Source of the DNA: a bacterium
GTDB taxonomy: Bacteria > Fidelibacterota > Marinisomatia > Marinisomatales > TCS55
DNA length: 64,000 bases
NCBI GenBank assembly: GCA_004321715.1
Contig: SGYN01000008.1
Location: 3,940-67,939 of the forward strand
Reading direction: 5' to 3'
This document shows positions 56,501-64,000 of the stretch, piece by piece. Every line of letters starts with the position of its first letter. The stretch's first letter is position 1. The notes beneath the pieces were generated by a model. The model was given only the letters and a program-made list of their open reading frames with translations, was not told where the DNA came from and ran no database searches. Both the position numbers and the translations under genes were made by a program.

Positions 56501-57459
56501 ATACTATCCAAAGGAAAATCATTCATGTTCGTAATTTTATAATTGATATACAAATAATCATCTGTGGTCCATGAATAGGTTCGTTGTTCAACTTTGATGC
56601 CTAACCCCCTCGTATCATATCCACGATTCCACAGAAATTTTCCATCTCGTTCATCTAAATAATCACCAAATACAGAATAGGTATCTTCATCGGAAACAAT
56701 ATCACCTCTGATATTTCCATTTTCATCCTCACGAAATGGATCCAGCAATAGTAAACTACTATCTAAACCAAGGGAACTTGTTGCTAAAAATTGTTTTCTA
56801 CGTTTATTTATATTTTCAAAATCAAGACGGTATAATGTATCTGAATTAGGAAAATAATAATCCCCAGATTGCGGTACAAAAAAAGACCATATATCTTGAT
56901 ATTCTTCAACTGCCTTGTTTTTTTGACCAAATAAAAAGTCTCCTTTATTCTCTTCCATTTTTCCATCGGAGACCGCAGAAATAAGCTGATTTGATTGCCA
57001 AAGTTTTGATATAGAGCTCATTTCTGAATAATATGCGGTTGTAGCAACACGAACATTTTCAATTCTTTTATCCCCAATAGTAATCGATCTATCTTCTGGT
57101 GTATTAAAATTTTCAGATTTACCACCAATCCACAAGCCTGCACCCCATGTATAAAATTGATTTGTACCGCTTGGAAATTCGCCTGTCCTCCCATTATAAG
57201 CCCCATAACCAACAGGAAATTCACCGTTATATCCACCCCAGCCAGGAGGAGGCTCAAATACTCCACTTTGACCCGTATTGCTAATAGTATATTGACTAAA
57301 AAAACCCGATCCGACCCAAGATAATGTAGGATCTGGTACCTGGTCAAACGTATTTGATCTGTACATTACTTGATCAGGAATCTTTTTACTAGAAGTAATA
57401 TTATTTTTACTATGGATTGTAGACAAAAGAATGATAATTGTAATAAAAAATCTAAACAT
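53524..57459 (-). CDS. giant (1311 aa) T9SS-tailed surface protein, function unknown, encoded directly after the TonB-dependent receptor
   Basis: Signal peptide. Fn3-like segment PPSPKLSVQPAHEAIYLSWDNF...FAGYRIYRS. Divergent CTD VVPNPYIVRALWD...CTIRIFNVAGEWI...LSWDLRNYEGLKVASGLYLYQL...GKIAIVLGP (53527-53841). Confidence 0.75.
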   Translation of the reverse strand: MFRFFITIIILLSTIHSKNNITSSKKIPDQVMYRSNTFDQVPDPTLSWVGSGFFSQYTISNTGQSGVFEPPPGWGGYNGEFPVGYGAYNGRTGEFPSGTNQFYTWGAGLWIGGKSENFNTPEDRSITIGDKRIENVRVATTAYYSEMSSISKLWQSNQLISAVSDGKMEENKGDFLFGQKNKAVEEYQDIWSFFVPQSGDYYFPNSDTLYRLDFENINKRRKQFLATSSLGLDSSLLLLDPFREDENGNIRGDIVSDEDTYSVFGDYLDERDGKFLWNRGYDTRGLGIKVEQRTYSWTTDDYLYINYKITNMNDFPLDSIYVGYFMDNDVGYADDDLIGFDRSLNLGYSYDSDSEESGWIAPAGYLGSVFVETPVDSIGDPSQGVPPAGNEINDWQIGLTGFQTWIRSDLGQSEGHPGDVDDDEMDHIKYFQLSMVDSFEVFEEPQDVRQLATSGPVIQLDPGKSISVTVALVAGSSLSDLKKNTQSAIDKFNAGYIGAEAPPSPKLSVQPAHEAIYLSWDNFPETVIDPFTGLADFAGYRIYRSLSGLQNDWTLLADYDIDGDSSDWSGIVEYSKGTSNAISKFIGPLGTGDISANPSVEAIEDRFIEAEYTIELMSHQIDIDGVTLDTLKMVIYNVTNKQSVLPNIASMTMGEGFRTYAEYDSTEMQALSGTLSDIDVYRDGYFIYLDGFFVRLSNGEYKDLDLDGVISDIEISQQSLSPRDGDIFIIKTFAAQEIGNQNGLSYTFLDEGLIDGMNYFYSVVSYDQGVPVADIPPLESSLYQNIIMVRPQHMALELEGAPKISNYVHSGPSTGQFLKAITSYENLTGHNYEIHFFQSDPLQSTNESADYGILIDSILVDVGSIEPLNDFVPGVDYFDTLSIAGSTSEIDGSLPLGVVIPGSFTLSINDVQLEDLGNGIIQGVSDGDTVKGVLNYGDGVIYISSEMSSTLTAGSASAQYAYNPLILEDASNNIFTGKLSPETVYGLSSTSILNEEVITNNHGFIFMVTNPSLSIDSVYWNLGTNVAEIFKFDLRSQSLEPYDYYITFYDNSDSLISDTSAVGFFRYNNNGDDSFFTQRTPISIYNMTLDQKVWSYNIRRAQEKKYLWWVLDEDNGANTKNAFRILTEQAQKNTALNPTSFEVTFLPFDENIVGGEALSYPDGPNTETPDTLFMKTSRPLTVNDKFTFYTVNMLDTISRASLSDVKVVPNPYIVRALWDQNRFNQHIDFRHLPASCTIRIFNVAGEWITTLVKDGIVGNNEVYDEEGSLSWDLRNYEGLKVASGLYLYQLEGELLGKTVYKEGKIAIVLGP

Positions 57460-57477
57460 ATCTATAAGATTATAATG

Positions 57478-60400
57478 TTAAAACCATAGATTAATCCCAA
57501 AGTGAAAATACCTTGCAGAAGAATAATTATAGGGGTTGTTCAATAAACTCCTCCATAACTGCAAGTGAGTATCATAAGCTTCTTCCGCTGATGAAATCAT
57601 ATTTCCACTTATTGGATTAGTCTGTCCAATATATTGAAGATATCTACTTCGTTCAAACACAGGTGGCCGACCATTCGTATCAGGCTCTCCACTAAAAGAA
57701 TAAACATAAGTTGTATTAATCCAGTTAAATACGTTCCTTATATCAAGATACATACTAAAATTATTTAAATATTTTTCTACACGCATATCAAGGGATTTAT
57801 ATCCAGGCATTCTTTTCGAACCAATCTCTTTTGCTTTTCCATAAATATCCGTCGGTGTATAAGGTGCACCAGTAGCTAAATTACCCTGAAAATTGAAATT
57901 CCAATCACCAGTGAGCCTGCCAAAAAAAGTATTACTGTTTCTTGCAGCTAAATAATAGTTCAAATTAAACTTAACGGAGTGGGTAATATCAAACTCCATT
58001 GGATATTCTTTAACAGGTAAAGGTCTGTCAGAGTCAAAAATGTATAAATAGTAATACTCCCTATTACTTGACCCTGTTCCCTTTGCTGACATCCATGTAT
58101 AATCAATGTCCCCGGTCAAATTACTAAAATTGTTCAATTTTAATTTGAATTCAATTCCTTTTATTTTGGCATAATCTTCCATTTCCATTACTGTAACACT
58201 TGCTACTTGACCATCAATTAAAACAGGGTAGGTTCTATTTGTTGCAAGATTCATTTGATCTTTGAAAAAGGAGATAATTTCAAGACCTAATGTTTGTGAA
58301 AACTTATGAGCAAGTCCAAACTGGTATTGTATTGTTTCTTCCGGAGTAATATTTGGATTTCCAACTAATGGTAACCCGCTTGAAATATCAGCATATACAT
58401 TTTGATACATTTCTGAATACTGAGGAAATTGTACGAAATAACCATAATTAGTATAAATTGCAGTTTTATCAGAAGCATTAAAATTGATTCCTAACCTGGG
58501 GCTCAGTTTAACTTTTACCTTAGCAGGCTGCCTTTCAACAACACCATCATCAACTAATAAACTAGTTTTTAATGATTCTACATTAGGGTCAAAATAGTCC
58601 CATCTTAATCCACTCATTAAAATAAAATCATTATTTTCATATGTATTTTCTGCATAAGCAGATCCTGACAATGGTTCATAGTTATACGAATCAAAATAGG
58701 GGTTCTGGTTTGCAAATTGAATGTCTCGGTAATCCATTGTGCTGGATGTAGTTTTTAATCCAAATTTGGCTGCATTTCGCATACTCCACTGTGTATTTAA
58801 TTGAAATTCTATGCTAGAATGCGTACTTACAGACTTATGACTTCTTGGGCGCCCTGGGCCAAAAGTATAAACATTAAAAATATCACGATCGTAATAATAT
58901 CCATTATGCATATTGCCTAGATATGCCCATAAATCATTACCACGTTGAAAATCATCATCTCCGAAAAGATAACTTGCATATTCTTTTTCATCAAACTCAT
59001 CAAAATGAGCTGTTGAATCTGTAGAATTATAATAGTTTGATTCTTCATCTAAAAAAGCAGGTATATACCATGATCCAGCCTCGTGCCATCTTTGATTATA
59101 GGCCACAACTTTTTCTGATTCTGATGACCACATACCAGTAGATAAATCAAATTGATTCCCTTGTGTATAATAGTAATAGTAAAAAGCTTGCTCTTCTAGG
59201 GACAAGCTACTGAGTTGCGCTGGATTGTTATTAGTACCACCGGATAAATCATCAATTACAAAATAGTTATCCGATATAAGTGGCAATCCATTAGCATCTG
59301 TCAACTCTTTCCAAATACGAGTTTTTGGATCATACCAACCATTGTTTTCCGCATAATTGACCCAGTCTAATCTAGTAGATAAATAATTAAAATCTTTATA
59401 TGATGTATTTTCGCCAGATCCGTAATTATTATAATGTTCGAAAGTAGAAATCATTAATCTCCAGGCGGTGTTTTTTCCTAATGTATTTTGAATTTGCAGG
59501 CTTAAACGACGACTACCTTCTAATGTTTTATAATAATCTCTTAACCAGTCTCCTTTGCTAATACTATGACTATAACTTTCAGTAGCTTTATCTTCAAAAG
59601 AAGCGGAAAGAATTGCATTAAAACCTGAAGTTGGTGGCGTAAATGTCATTTTAAAAGTACCCATCGGATGGGTATATGAACTATGAGGTAGCTTTATGGA
59701 TCTAGGACTAACAATATCGCTCCCAGCATATGATCCAGATAAATAAAAAGATAAATATTTCTTTAATCCTGGGAATGGACCGCCAAATTGAAGATTATAC
59801 TTTCCATAGTTATTATTATAAATCGAATTATTATTTGAAACTTGATCTGTTTCAAAAATTAGATTTCCTGAATAGTTCTGCTTCGATCCTGACTTTGTTA
59901 CCACAGTTACAATACCCGACATAGCTTCACCAAACTCCGCTGAAAACCCACCTTTTGATATCGTAAGAACATCAATTGATTCTTTATCAATTTGTACTCC
60001 CTGCGAACGATCAACAGGGTCATTCGTTAAGATGCCATCAACATAAAAAGCAACTTCACCACTACGTCCTCCTCTCATATGAATTCCTCGAGATCTACCT
60101 GCTTCAGTCTTCACAACACCACCTGCATTTGCAATTACATCCGTAAAGTTTGATACAGGCATTTTATATAATTGATCCCCTGAATATTTCACTTGAGTAA
60201 CTACAGATTTTATATCTACTGTATTCTCCATGCTCTCAGCAACCACATTCACCTCTTGACCTTCAATTGCTTCTACACTCATTGAACATAAAATTTCTGT
60301 TGTAGCACCAGGTGAAACTTCAATATTTTGAATTATGGTTGAAGCATATCCCATATAGGAGACTTTAATACTATAAAAACCACTCATTATATTAGGGATA

Positions 60401-60597
60401 ACAAATTCTCCATTTTCATTAGTCATAGTGCCTCTGCCACTTTCGACAGGCAATAAAAGAATATTAGCTCCAGCTAGAGGATCTTTAGTCATCCCATCAA
60501 TAGCCTTACCTCTAATTTTACCAGAAACCCTATCGGATTGAGCATCTAATACTGAAATAATTATTAAAGGGAGTAAAAAGTAAGTTTTAAATTTCAT
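57478..60597 (-). CDS. large TonB-dependent receptor-like outer-membrane protein with CarboxypepD_reg-like N-domain
   Basis: Signal peptide. ISGKIRGKAIDGMTKDPLAGANILLL (CarboxypepD_reg-like). Plug motifs GIHMRGGRSGEVAFYVDGI and SKGGFSAEFGEAMSGIVTVVTKSGS. C-terminal ...HFGINLWF. Confidence 0.85.
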   Translation of the reverse strand: MKFKTYFLLPLIIISVLDAQSDRVSGKIRGKAIDGMTKDPLAGANILLLPVESGRGTMTNENGEFVIPNIMSGFYSIKVSYMGYASTIIQNIEVSPGATTEILCSMSVEAIEGQEVNVVAESMENTVDIKSVVTQVKYSGDQLYKMPVSNFTDVIANAGGVVKTEAGRSRGIHMRGGRSGEVAFYVDGILTNDPVDRSQGVQIDKESIDVLTISKGGFSAEFGEAMSGIVTVVTKSGSKQNYSGNLIFETDQVSNNNSIYNNNYGKYNLQFGGPFPGLKKYLSFYLSGSYAGSDIVSPRSIKLPHSSYTHPMGTFKMTFTPPTSGFNAILSASFEDKATESYSHSISKGDWLRDYYKTLEGSRRLSLQIQNTLGKNTAWRLMISTFEHYNNYGSGENTSYKDFNYLSTRLDWVNYAENNGWYDPKTRIWKELTDANGLPLISDNYFVIDDLSGGTNNNPAQLSSLSLEEQAFYYYYYTQGNQFDLSTGMWSSESEKVVAYNQRWHEAGSWYIPAFLDEESNYYNSTDSTAHFDEFDEKEYASYLFGDDDFQRGNDLWAYLGNMHNGYYYDRDIFNVYTFGPGRPRSHKSVSTHSSIEFQLNTQWSMRNAAKFGLKTTSSTMDYRDIQFANQNPYFDSYNYEPLSGSAYAENTYENNDFILMSGLRWDYFDPNVESLKTSLLVDDGVVERQPAKVKVKLSPRLGINFNASDKTAIYTNYGYFVQFPQYSEMYQNVYADISSGLPLVGNPNITPEETIQYQFGLAHKFSQTLGLEIISFFKDQMNLATNRTYPVLIDGQVASVTVMEMEDYAKIKGIEFKLKLNNFSNLTGDIDYTWMSAKGTGSSNREYYYLYIFDSDRPLPVKEYPMEFDITHSVKFNLNYYLAARNSNTFFGRLTGDWNFNFQGNLATGAPYTPTDIYGKAKEIGSKRMPGYKSLDMRVEKYLNNFSMYLDIRNVFNWINTTYVYSFSGEPDTNGRPPVFERSRYLQYIGQTNPISGNMISSAEEAYDTHLQLWRSLLNNPYNYSSARYFHFGINLWF

Positions 60598-60627
60598 AAG
60601 TATATATTTGATATTAATTAATATTGT

Positions 60628-61737
60628 TTAAGCAGATTTTCTTCTAACATGATATAAAGGATTTGAACCATCTGTTATCACTTTTTTGGTTATGGTAATC
60701 TTATCAATAGAATCCATCTCCGGTATTTGATACATAATATCCATCATTGCTTCTTCCATAACCGCGCGTAGGGCCCTAGCGCCGGCATTACGTTCCATAG
60801 ATCGTGATATAATTTCATCTAATGCATCTTTTCTGAACTCTAGTTTAATTCCTTCCATCCTAAAAAGCTTTTTGTATTGTTTAATTAAGGCATTCTTTGG
60901 TTCAATAAGAACTTTATATAATGCTTTTTCATCTAACTTATTTAAACTGGTAATAATAGGTAGTCTTCCAATAAGCTCTGGAATGAATCCATATTCAATT
61001 AAATCCTCTGATTTCAAAAAGTTTAAAGTATTCTTTGAATTATTAATGTCATTATTATTCTTTTTTGTAAACCCTATCTCAGATTTTCCTTCTCTTCTTA
61101 AGATAATATCTAATAAACCATCAAAGGATCCACCACAAATGAATAAAATATTTTGAGTATCAACAGGAATTAGGCTTTGTTCTGGATGTTTTCTACCTCC
61201 CTTTGGTGGAACATTACTGATCGTTCCTTCCAAGATCTTTAAAAGAGCTTGTTGAACCCCTTCACCAGAAACATCGCGTGTTATACTCGCACTAGATGCT
61301 CGTTTACCAACTTTGTCAATCTCATCTATATATACTATTCCTTGTTCAGCTGCAGCTACATCATAGTTCGCTACTTGCAATAACCGAACCAAGACATTTT
61401 CAACATCTTCACCAACATATCCGGCTTCAGTAAGTGCAGTTGCATCTGCAATTGCAAATGGGACAGAAAGAAAATTAGCGAGAGTTTGTGCAATTAATGT
61501 TTTTCCTGTTCCTGTTGGACCAAGCATTAAAATATTACTTTTTTCAAGTTTTACACCATCATCTAAATCTTGGAAGATGATCCGCTTATAATGGTTATGA
61601 ACTGCAACAGCCATTGTTTTTTTTGCTCTATCCTGACCTACAACATGTTGATCAAGATAACTTTTTATTTCCGAAGGCCTTGGAAGTGCCCTGTGGCTTT
61701 TATTTTTAGGATTTTGTTTAGGAGATTTATTTGTCAT
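60628..61737 (-). CDS. clpX: ATP-dependent Clp protease ATP-binding subunit ClpX, lacking the N-terminal zinc-binding domain
   Basis: Walker [13 protein letters not shown], Walker B VYIDEIDK, pore loop [14 protein letters not shown]-like loop EIGF. 369 aa starting at ...[23 protein letters not shown]. No CxxC motifs. The start overlaps the clpP stop by 4 nt. Confidence 0.9.
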   Translation of the reverse strand: MTNKSPKQNPKNKSHRALPRPSEIKSYLDQHVVGQDRAKKTMAVAVHNHYKRIIFQDLDDGVKLEKSNILMLGPTGTGKTLIAQTLANFLSVPFAIADATALTEAGYVGEDVENVLVRLLQVANYDVAAAEQGIVYIDEIDKVGKRASSASITRDVSGEGVQQALLKILEGTISNVPPKGGRKHPEQSLIPVDTQNILFICGGSFDGLLDIILRREGKSEIGFTKKNNNDINNSKNTLNFLKSEDLIEYGFIPELIGRLPIITSLNKLDEKALYKVLIEPKNALIKQYKKLFRMEGIKLEFRKDALDEIISRSMERNAGARALRAVMEEAMMDIMYQIPEMDSIDKITITKKVITDGSNPLYHVRRKSA

Positions 61738-62339
61738 TTTTTTCTTGCTGTCAAAATTGTATCTATAATACCATATTTTTTTGCTTGATCAGCGCTCATA
61801 AAAAAGTTTCTATCTGTATCTTTTTCTATTTTTTTAATTGTTTGCTTTGTGCTCTTTGCTAAAATTGAATTCAATTTTTGTCGAAGTCTTAGTATTTCAT
61901 CAGCTTGTATTTTAATATCAGATGCCTGCCCTTCTGCTCCACCAAGCGGTTGATGTATCATTACTCTTGAGTTAGGCAAAGCAGATCTTTTACCTGGCGT
62001 ACCTCCAGCAAGTAAAACTGCAGCCATACTGGAAGCAGCACCCATGCAGATAGTAGCTACATTTGGTTTTATATAATTCATAGTATCAAAAATTCCTAAC
62101 CCAGATGAAACATATCCTCCTGGTGAATTAATATAAAGGAATATATCTTTATCAGAATTTTCTGCTTCAAGAAATAATAATTGAGCAATAATTAACGATG
62201 CAACAGTATCATCAATTGGCGTACCTAAAAATATAATTCTTTCTTTTAATAGTCTCGAATAAATATCATATGCGCGTTCGGTCCTGCCAGATTGCTCTAC
62301 AACCATTGGAACTAACTGGGCAATTTCACTTTTTGTCAT
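61734..62339 (-). CDS. clpP: ATP-dependent Clp protease proteolytic subunit
   Basis: [17 protein letters not shown] (catalytic Ser), VMIHQPLGG (His), 201 aa. Confidence 0.95.
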   Translation of the reverse strand: MTKSEIAQLVPMVVEQSGRTERAYDIYSRLLKERIIFLGTPIDDTVASLIIAQLLFLEAENSDKDIFLYINSPGGYVSSGLGIFDTMNYIKPNVATICMGAASSMAAVLLAGGTPGKRSALPNSRVMIHQPLGGAEGQASDIKIQADEILRLRQKLNSILAKSTKQTIKKIEKDTDRNFFMSADQAKKYGIIDTILTARKK

Positions 62340-63640
62340 TATTTATTCCCTTCTTTTTCTGCTTCTTCACGAAGCACTTTAGTATGAACTTTTACATCGT
62401 TAATCTTTGCAAAATCTTCTAAATAGTTCAACACCTTTTTTTCTATTAGGTCATCTTCAATTCGTTGACGATTACTTGGTTTTTTATAATATTTTTTTAT
62501 TTCTTGCGAATGCTCAGGTGATCGTTCTAATAGTTTTTGAATTTCTTGTTCTACATCATCTTTCGATACTGAGATATCCTTATGATTTGAGACGATTGCT
62601 TTTCGAATAAGATACCATTTCATATTTCTTTCAGCAACAGCTTTATATGAATCTCTAATTTTATCTTCATCAAGATCTTTTGACTGCTGCTGTTCTTTTG
62701 CTTCTTCAATAAGATGATCCAAATATGATTCTACCATTGCAGGTGCAAACTCAGGCTTAACATAGTCAATCATACTATCAGCTAATATGCGTTCAAATGC
62801 TTCCTTGGCTCGTTGTGTATAACTATCATCAACTTTAGTCTTAATAATGCCTCTAAAACTTGTTTCATCTTCAGCCTCCGGTTCAACTGATTTGATAAAC
62901 TCCTTATTTACCTCAGGAATTATTTGTTCTTCAACATTAATTATAGAAAGTTCATATTTAGTCATAGAATTATCATTTATATCAGGTAAATCCAATTGAG
63001 CTTTATCACCTGGCTTCAGTCCAATTAGTTTATTCATATTATCCCCACTAAATGGATCTGAACCAATCTGTAAAAATCTTTTCTCTAGTTTCTCACCAAT
63101 AATTGGCAAACCTGAATTATCTAATTTTTGAAAATCAACAATTAGATAATGGCCTTCTTTTGCACCATCTTCAACAGTTTTAACTTCAGCACGAGATCTA
63201 CGCATTTCATCAATCACATTATCAATATCTACATCATCAGATATATACTCAGTTCTCTGAACTTTTAAACAATTCTTTTTCATTCTTGGCAAAACAATCT
63301 CAGGTTCAATTTGAAAAGTTGCTTTAAAATTGAAAGGCTCTTCATAATGAAAATGTACATCTTCAATATTTGCTTTATTAACTGGAATGAGGTTTTCTTC
63401 TTTTAAAGCCTCTACATAAAATTTATTTACACCCTCCTCAATAAATTCTGCTTCAATATTGGGCATAAATTTATTCATCAATACCTTAAGGGGTATTTTA
63501 CCTGGTCGAAAACCTGGTAATTTAACCTTTTTACTAAATTTTTTAACAGTTAGCTGAAAATCGTCTCGACATTCATCCCAAGAAAGATTAATGGTTAATT
63601 CTCTTGAATATGCATTTATTTTATTTACTTTAATTTTCAT
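62339..63640 (-). CDS. tig: trigger factor
   Basis: PGFRPGKIP ribosome-binding-domain motif. 433 aa. Conserved tig-clpP-clpX order. Confidence 0.9.
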   Translation of the reverse strand: MKIKVNKINAYSRELTINLSWDECRDDFQLTVKKFSKKVKLPGFRPGKIPLKVLMNKFMPNIEAEFIEEGVNKFYVEALKEENLIPVNKANIEDVHFHYEEPFNFKATFQIEPEIVLPRMKKNCLKVQRTEYISDDVDIDNVIDEMRRSRAEVKTVEDGAKEGHYLIVDFQKLDNSGLPIIGEKLEKRFLQIGSDPFSGDNMNKLIGLKPGDKAQLDLPDINDNSMTKYELSIINVEEQIIPEVNKEFIKSVEPEAEDETSFRGIIKTKVDDSYTQRAKEAFERILADSMIDYVKPEFAPAMVESYLDHLIEEAKEQQQSKDLDEDKIRDSYKAVAERNMKWYLIRKAIVSNHKDISVSKDDVEQEIQKLLERSPEHSQEIKKYYKKPSNRQRIEDDLIEKKVLNYLEDFAKINDVKVHTKVLREEAEKEGNK

Positions 63641-63720
63641 AGATATCCTAAAATTGCTGGCGAATTTACTTCTTCATTATGCTAGCGTCAAAACATTGAT
63701 AATAAAACTGAAAATTTGAA

Positions 63721-64000
63721 TCATACCACACTATCCTTAAATACTAGGCTACCTTGATAAAAAAACCACATAGCTAGCATTTGAATAAAATGAGATATAT
63801 CATTATGATTCATATGTTTATGCAACTCAATTCCACTTTGTTGGACACCCGCCCCTACAAAAGAAATAATAATTCCTATAATTATCATATTTACTCCATC
63901 AGATTGAAAAACTAAATATGAATATAATAATCCTATCAAAACAATAGCCATAAGAGGAACATAGAATAAAACGACATTAACAAAATCATCATTCTTTGTT
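63721..64000 (-). CDS. membrane protein, C-terminal part (frame stays open to the right window edge)
   Basis: Hydrophobic helices (IVLIGLLYSYLVF, MIIIGIIISFVGAGV, FIQMLAMWFFY). The in-frame sequence upstream of the Met at 63951 has no stop up to position 64000. Confidence 0.4.
   Translation of the reverse strand, partial: TKNDDFVNVVLFYVPLMAIVLIGLLYSYLVFQSDGVNMIIIGIIISFVGAGVQQSGIELHKHMNHNDISHFIQMLAMWFFYQGSLVFKDSVV

Overview
AT-rich chromosomal segment (hand counts of single 60-nt lines range from about 18-30% GC in housekeeping genes to 40-58% in some surface-protein and glnII lines). About 50 protein genes are tightly packed. There is one tRNA-Asp and one cobalamin riboswitch. I saw no rRNA, CRISPR array, transposase or integrase. 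The host looks like an uncultured-type member of the FCB superphylum. Five proteins end in type IX secretion (T9SS) C-terminal sorting domains with the (Q/G)NYPNPFNP motif, and a SusC/SusD pair and a PorV-like barrel are present. Many genes carry strong AGGAGG Shine-Dalgarno sites, which argues against classical Bacteroidota; a marine Marinimicrobia-like lineage is only a guess. Layout: 1-12.4 kb is housekeeping (cmk, rluB-like, scpBA, trpS, HNH, NlpC/P60, yhaM-like, Fur-family, pcrA, mltG) plus a B12 riboswitch driving a BtuG-like beta-propeller lipoprotein. 12.5-17.8 kb holds a lipoprotein acetamidase and a GC-richer SusC/SusD pair. 18.2-23.2 kb holds tRNA-Asp, a tandem GAPDH pair (one with the catalytic Cys replaced by Ser), a Cys/Met PLP enzyme, GSII glutamine synthetase and Lrp. 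23.4-31.8 kb holds an amidohydrolase and a TetR-TBDR-lipoprotein-LVIVD-YVTN cluster. 32.4-38.8 kb is a translationally coupled DDAH-like/GcvT-like/2x PYROXD2-like FAD/Rieske oxygenase operon. 38.8-45.6 kb holds a 977-aa adhesin with a 97-aa repeat period, DoxX, a Tat-signal Gfo/Idh/MocA enzyme, rfaE2 and a BNR sialidase-like protein. 45.7-60.6 kb is a six-gene minus-strand string: TonB-dependent receptor, 1311-aa giant protein, PorV-like barrel and three more T9SS-tailed proteins. 60.6-63.6 kb is clpX (no zinc-finger domain)-clpP-tig. My top candidate for an undescribed system is the TBDR/PorV-like/T9SS-cargo locus. Second is the methylated-amine/guanidino catabolic operon. All product calls rest on motifs read by eye in the supplied translations; no database search was possible.
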